64,000 bases of DNA, from contig OX597841.1 in the NCBI GenBank assembly GCA_951406725.2, positions 6,076,001 to 6,140,000 on the forward strand, given 5' to 3'. Within the stretch, counting starts at the first letter, position 1. Every line of letters starts with the position of its first letter. Made by a program: the position numbers and the translations under genes. This DNA is from Octopus vulgaris. Taxonomy: Eukaryota. This document shows positions 60,814-64,000 of the stretch, one piece after another. A model generated the notes under the pieces. It saw nothing but the letters and a program-made list of their open reading frames with translations, was not told the DNA's origin and searched no databases.

Positions 60814-61121
60814 AACTTAACAAAGCATAAGAGAGTCCATGCTGGGGAAAAACCATTTCAATGTGAAATATGCAGGAAATCATTCACTATGAACTGTAAT
60901 CTTGTGGTCCATAAATGTAGTCACACTGGAGAAAGATCTTATCCTTGTGAAATCTGCAGGAAATCTTTTGTTTCTAGCAGTGACTTAACCAAGCACAAAC
61001 GATTACACGTTGAAAGGAACTCACTCCAATAACGATATATTTGTAAAATGATTGATTAATGATTTTCATTTTGTTATTCCCATGAATAGTCACACAGGAG
61101 AAAAGGCTCACTATGATATCT

Positions 61122-61355
61122 AGGGAGAGTTTATGAAAAAAACAAAAAACGAAGACAAGTGGTGTACAAAACAAACAGGTGTATTAGTATAACGCTCAGA
61201 AATAGAAAAAGTCTTTTACGTTTCAAGCCTACGCTCTTCTACAGAAAGGGACACAGAGAAAACAAGGAGAGAAAAAAATGTGTGTAGTGGCTAACGATCT
61301 ATGCTCTTTTACAGAAAGGGACACAGAGAAAACAAGGAGAGAAAAATGTCAGTGG

Positions 61356-61393
<38 letters not shown>

Positions 61394-61560
61394 AGAGTTT
61401 ATGAAAAAAACAAAAGACGAAGACAGGTGGTGTACAAAACAAACAGATGTATTAGTATAACGCTCAGGAATAGAAAACGTCTTTTACGTTTCGAGCTTAC
61501 GCTCTTCTACAGAAAGGGACACAGAGAAAACAAGGTGTGTAGTGGCTAACGATCTATCAT
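61122..61560 (-). repeat. Tandem ~270-bp repeat (2 copies) with a minimal-hammerhead-like motif; possibly Penelope-associated
   Basis: GGGAGAGTTTATGAAAAAAAC at 61123 and 61391; motif at 61211-61250 and 61479-61520. Confidence 0.65.
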
Positions 61561-62029
61561 GACACTATGATATACGTGGACTTTTTATCACCTGCTTGGC
61601 AGGCAGTCTCTTAAAAAAGACAAAGATTGGAAGGAATTTTTGTTAAGTGTGAAACATGAGAAATTCTTCTACAGACTCAAATTTTGTTGTTCAACAATTA
61701 CACACAAGCAGTAACCCTGTGAATATATATAATAATAATAACAATAATCCATGCATAGAATTTATAAATATTTTAATGCATCGCTATGCGCGTTTCTGCA
61801 TATCACATTTCTTACAATCATTTTCCGTATTCCTGGGATAATCACAGTGAAGTCCAGCATCCACGGACATCAGGCCGATCATCTTCAGGTGTTCATTCCT
61901 TCCGGAGATATCCATTTTCAAAAACGTTTTCTGTAAACAAACTTAAAGCTTATATACATATATATTTTAATCAAATCAAATCAAATCAAACCAAATCAAA
62001 ATAGATGAACATCAATGGAATTTGTATCC

Positions 62030-62608
62030 TTGTGGTACCAGTGCCGGTGGCACATAAGAAAACCATCCGAACGTGGCCGTAGCCAGTACCGCATCGACTG
62101 GCCTCCGTGCTGTGGGCACTAAAAAACACCATCCGATCGTGGCCGTCTGCCAGCCTCGTCTGGCACCTGTGTCGGTGGCACATAAAAAACACCATCCGAG
62201 CGTGACCGTCTGCCAGCCTCGTCTGGCACCTGTGTCGGTGGCACATAAAAAACACCATCCGATCGTGGCTGTCTGCCAGCCTCGTCTGGCACCTGTGTCG
62301 GTGGCACATAAAAAACACCATCCGAGCGTGACCGTCTGCCAGCCTCGTCTGGCACCTGTGTCGGTGGCACATAAAAAACACCATCCGATCGTGGCCGTCT
62401 GCCAGCCTCGTCTGGCACCTGTGTCGGTGGCACATAAAATCACCCACTACACTCTCGGAGTGGTTGGCGTTAGGAAGGGCATCCAGCTGTAGAAACACTG
62501 CCAGATCTGACTGGCCTGATGCAGCCTTCGGGCTTGCCAGACCCCAGTTGAACCGTCCAACCCATGCTAGCATGGAAAGCGAACGTTAAACGATGATGAT
62601 GATGATGA
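62030..62608 (+). mobile_element. (GAT)n-tailed retroposon with ~5 tandem 63-bp modules
   Basis: Same module as 9090-9550; preceded by (AAATC)n. Confidence 0.85.
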
Positions 62609-62747
62609 TATATAGCAGAAGCAACTAAGTGACTAACGGTCCAAGAGTTTTGTGCATTGGCACTTATCTTAATAAAAATATACATATACTCATAGTTTGA
62701 GTTCTATCTTTCTTGTTTTCACCAAGATATATATATATATATATATA

Positions 62748-63002
62748 TATACGTATTTCAAAATAGAAAATTACTTTTAACAGGTAATTTTTACATGCTA
62801 GAAATAGCAGCCAAACACCACAATTTTATAGCAAATTTCGAAGTACATGAAAAATAACAACGTTTACCTTGTTAAAGGTTTTTATTTTTCATGTACTTCG
62901 AAATTTGCTATAAAATTGTGGTTTTTGGCCGTGTTTGGCTGCTATTTCTGGCATGTAAAAATTACCTGTTAAAGGGTAATTTTCTATTTTGAAACACGAA
63001 TA
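62748..63002. repeat. Long imperfect palindrome (~110-bp arms)
   Basis: TTTCAAAATAGAAAATTAC...GAAGTACATGAAAAATAA / TTATTTTTCATGTACTTC...GTAATTTTCTATTTTGAAA, with one ~10-bp bulge. Confidence 0.88.
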
Positions 63003-63324
63003 TGTTGTCTATTGACTTTTTATACATGCTGGGCCACTGGTGGTGATATTTATAATGAGAATTCGCCACCCTATATATATATATATATATATACTCTTTT
63101 GACTGTGGCCATGCTGGAGCACAACCTTTAGTCGATCAAATCGACCCCAGGACTTATTCTATTGGCCTCTTATGCCGAATCGCTAAGTTATGGGGACGTA
63201 AACACACCACCATCGGTTGTCAACCAATGTTGGGATGACAAACAAAGACACACAAACATATACACACACATACATATACATACATACATATATACAATGG
63301 GCTTCTTTACACACAACTTTATAT

Positions 63325-63472
63325 ACCGTATTTTAACATTTGGGGGGGCATAAAATTTGGTAAAAAGGTTTTGTAAGGGATTATAATATTATCCATGTAT
63401 AAGAAACTCCCATATTTTTTTTAAACCTAATTTTTGACAAAAAAGGGTTCCTTCTACACGTTAAAATATGGT
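63325..63472. mobile_element. Small pogo/Tigger-like MITE
   Basis: TA|CCGTATTTTAAC ... GTTAAAATATGG|TA. Confidence 0.5.
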
Positions 63473-63539
63473 ATATATCTTATCATGGTAATAAAGAAGA
63501 TTTTTGTTTTAAATTTTATTTATTGATATCATAACAAAT

Positions 63540-64000
63540 GTTACAGAGATATTTTTACAGATCTCCGAGAATATATTTCTCAGTTATTCACCCAGAATAT
63601 CAAGTACAGCGACAATATCTTTCCTATATCCTGAAAATATTTTATATTGGATAGTTATGAGAATGTTTTCTATTCAAAATATTACAATAATATGTTATTT
63701 CACCAATGTTGATATAAAATATCGTGACTGCAGCTTGTTATCACACTGCTCGTATCTTCTTTCCCACGGGGAATACATTTATGGTTATACAAGTTATTTC
63801 TGAAACAGAATGAATTTTAACAAGCAGCTTGTGTCCAAGTAACCTTTTATGTCCCACATAAAAGGTTACTAAAAGGGGTGGCATAAGGAAGGGCTTCTGA
63901 CGGTAAAACAACTCCTCAAACAAACAACCATGACGGGATATAATTATTGCCAAAGGTTCATGGATTATTGTAAAGTCCACAAAGATAATTCAGGATTTAG
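63540..64000 (-). other. 3' UTR of a further ZNF gene lying beyond the right edge
   Basis: Reverse complement is highly similar to the ZNF-G 3' region at ~52368-52830. Confidence 0.75.

Noticed and set aside
62130-62440. CCAGCCTCGTCTGG resembles the HDV ribozyme P3/L3
   Set aside because: The loop begins with G instead of the conserved U, and no P1/P2 partners could be found by eye.

Overview
AT-rich eukaryotic DNA, most likely an octopus (inferred from the SINE repertoire, dense TA microsatellites and CDICGK-type C2H2 arrays). The window is part of a tandem C2H2 zinc-finger gene cluster. It has seven ZNF genes whose finger arrays lie in one coding exon (labelled A-E, G, H), one decayed ZNF pseudogene, and the 3' UTR of a further gene running off the right edge. 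Most genes have a short non-coding first exon, an intron and a conserved ~400-nt leader before an effector-less finger array. One paralogous cassette (F) keeps the promoter, exon 1, intron ends, leader and first 14 codons, but its finger array is replaced by an ORF of four 23-aa STPR-type repeats; this is the most striking item. Other notable signals are patchwork near-identity between inverted paralogues, repeated 3' truncation of the arrays, and a U6-retroposon-tail chimera. There is also a retroposon carrying expandable 63-65-bp hairpin modules, two LINE-tail-derived satellites, tandem minimal-hammerhead-like motifs, and long palindromes sharing a dispersed motif. Transposons include Tc1, mariner, Penelope-like and CR1 remnants, several SINE families and MITEs. 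All alignments and counts were made by eye, so repeat boundaries are approximate.
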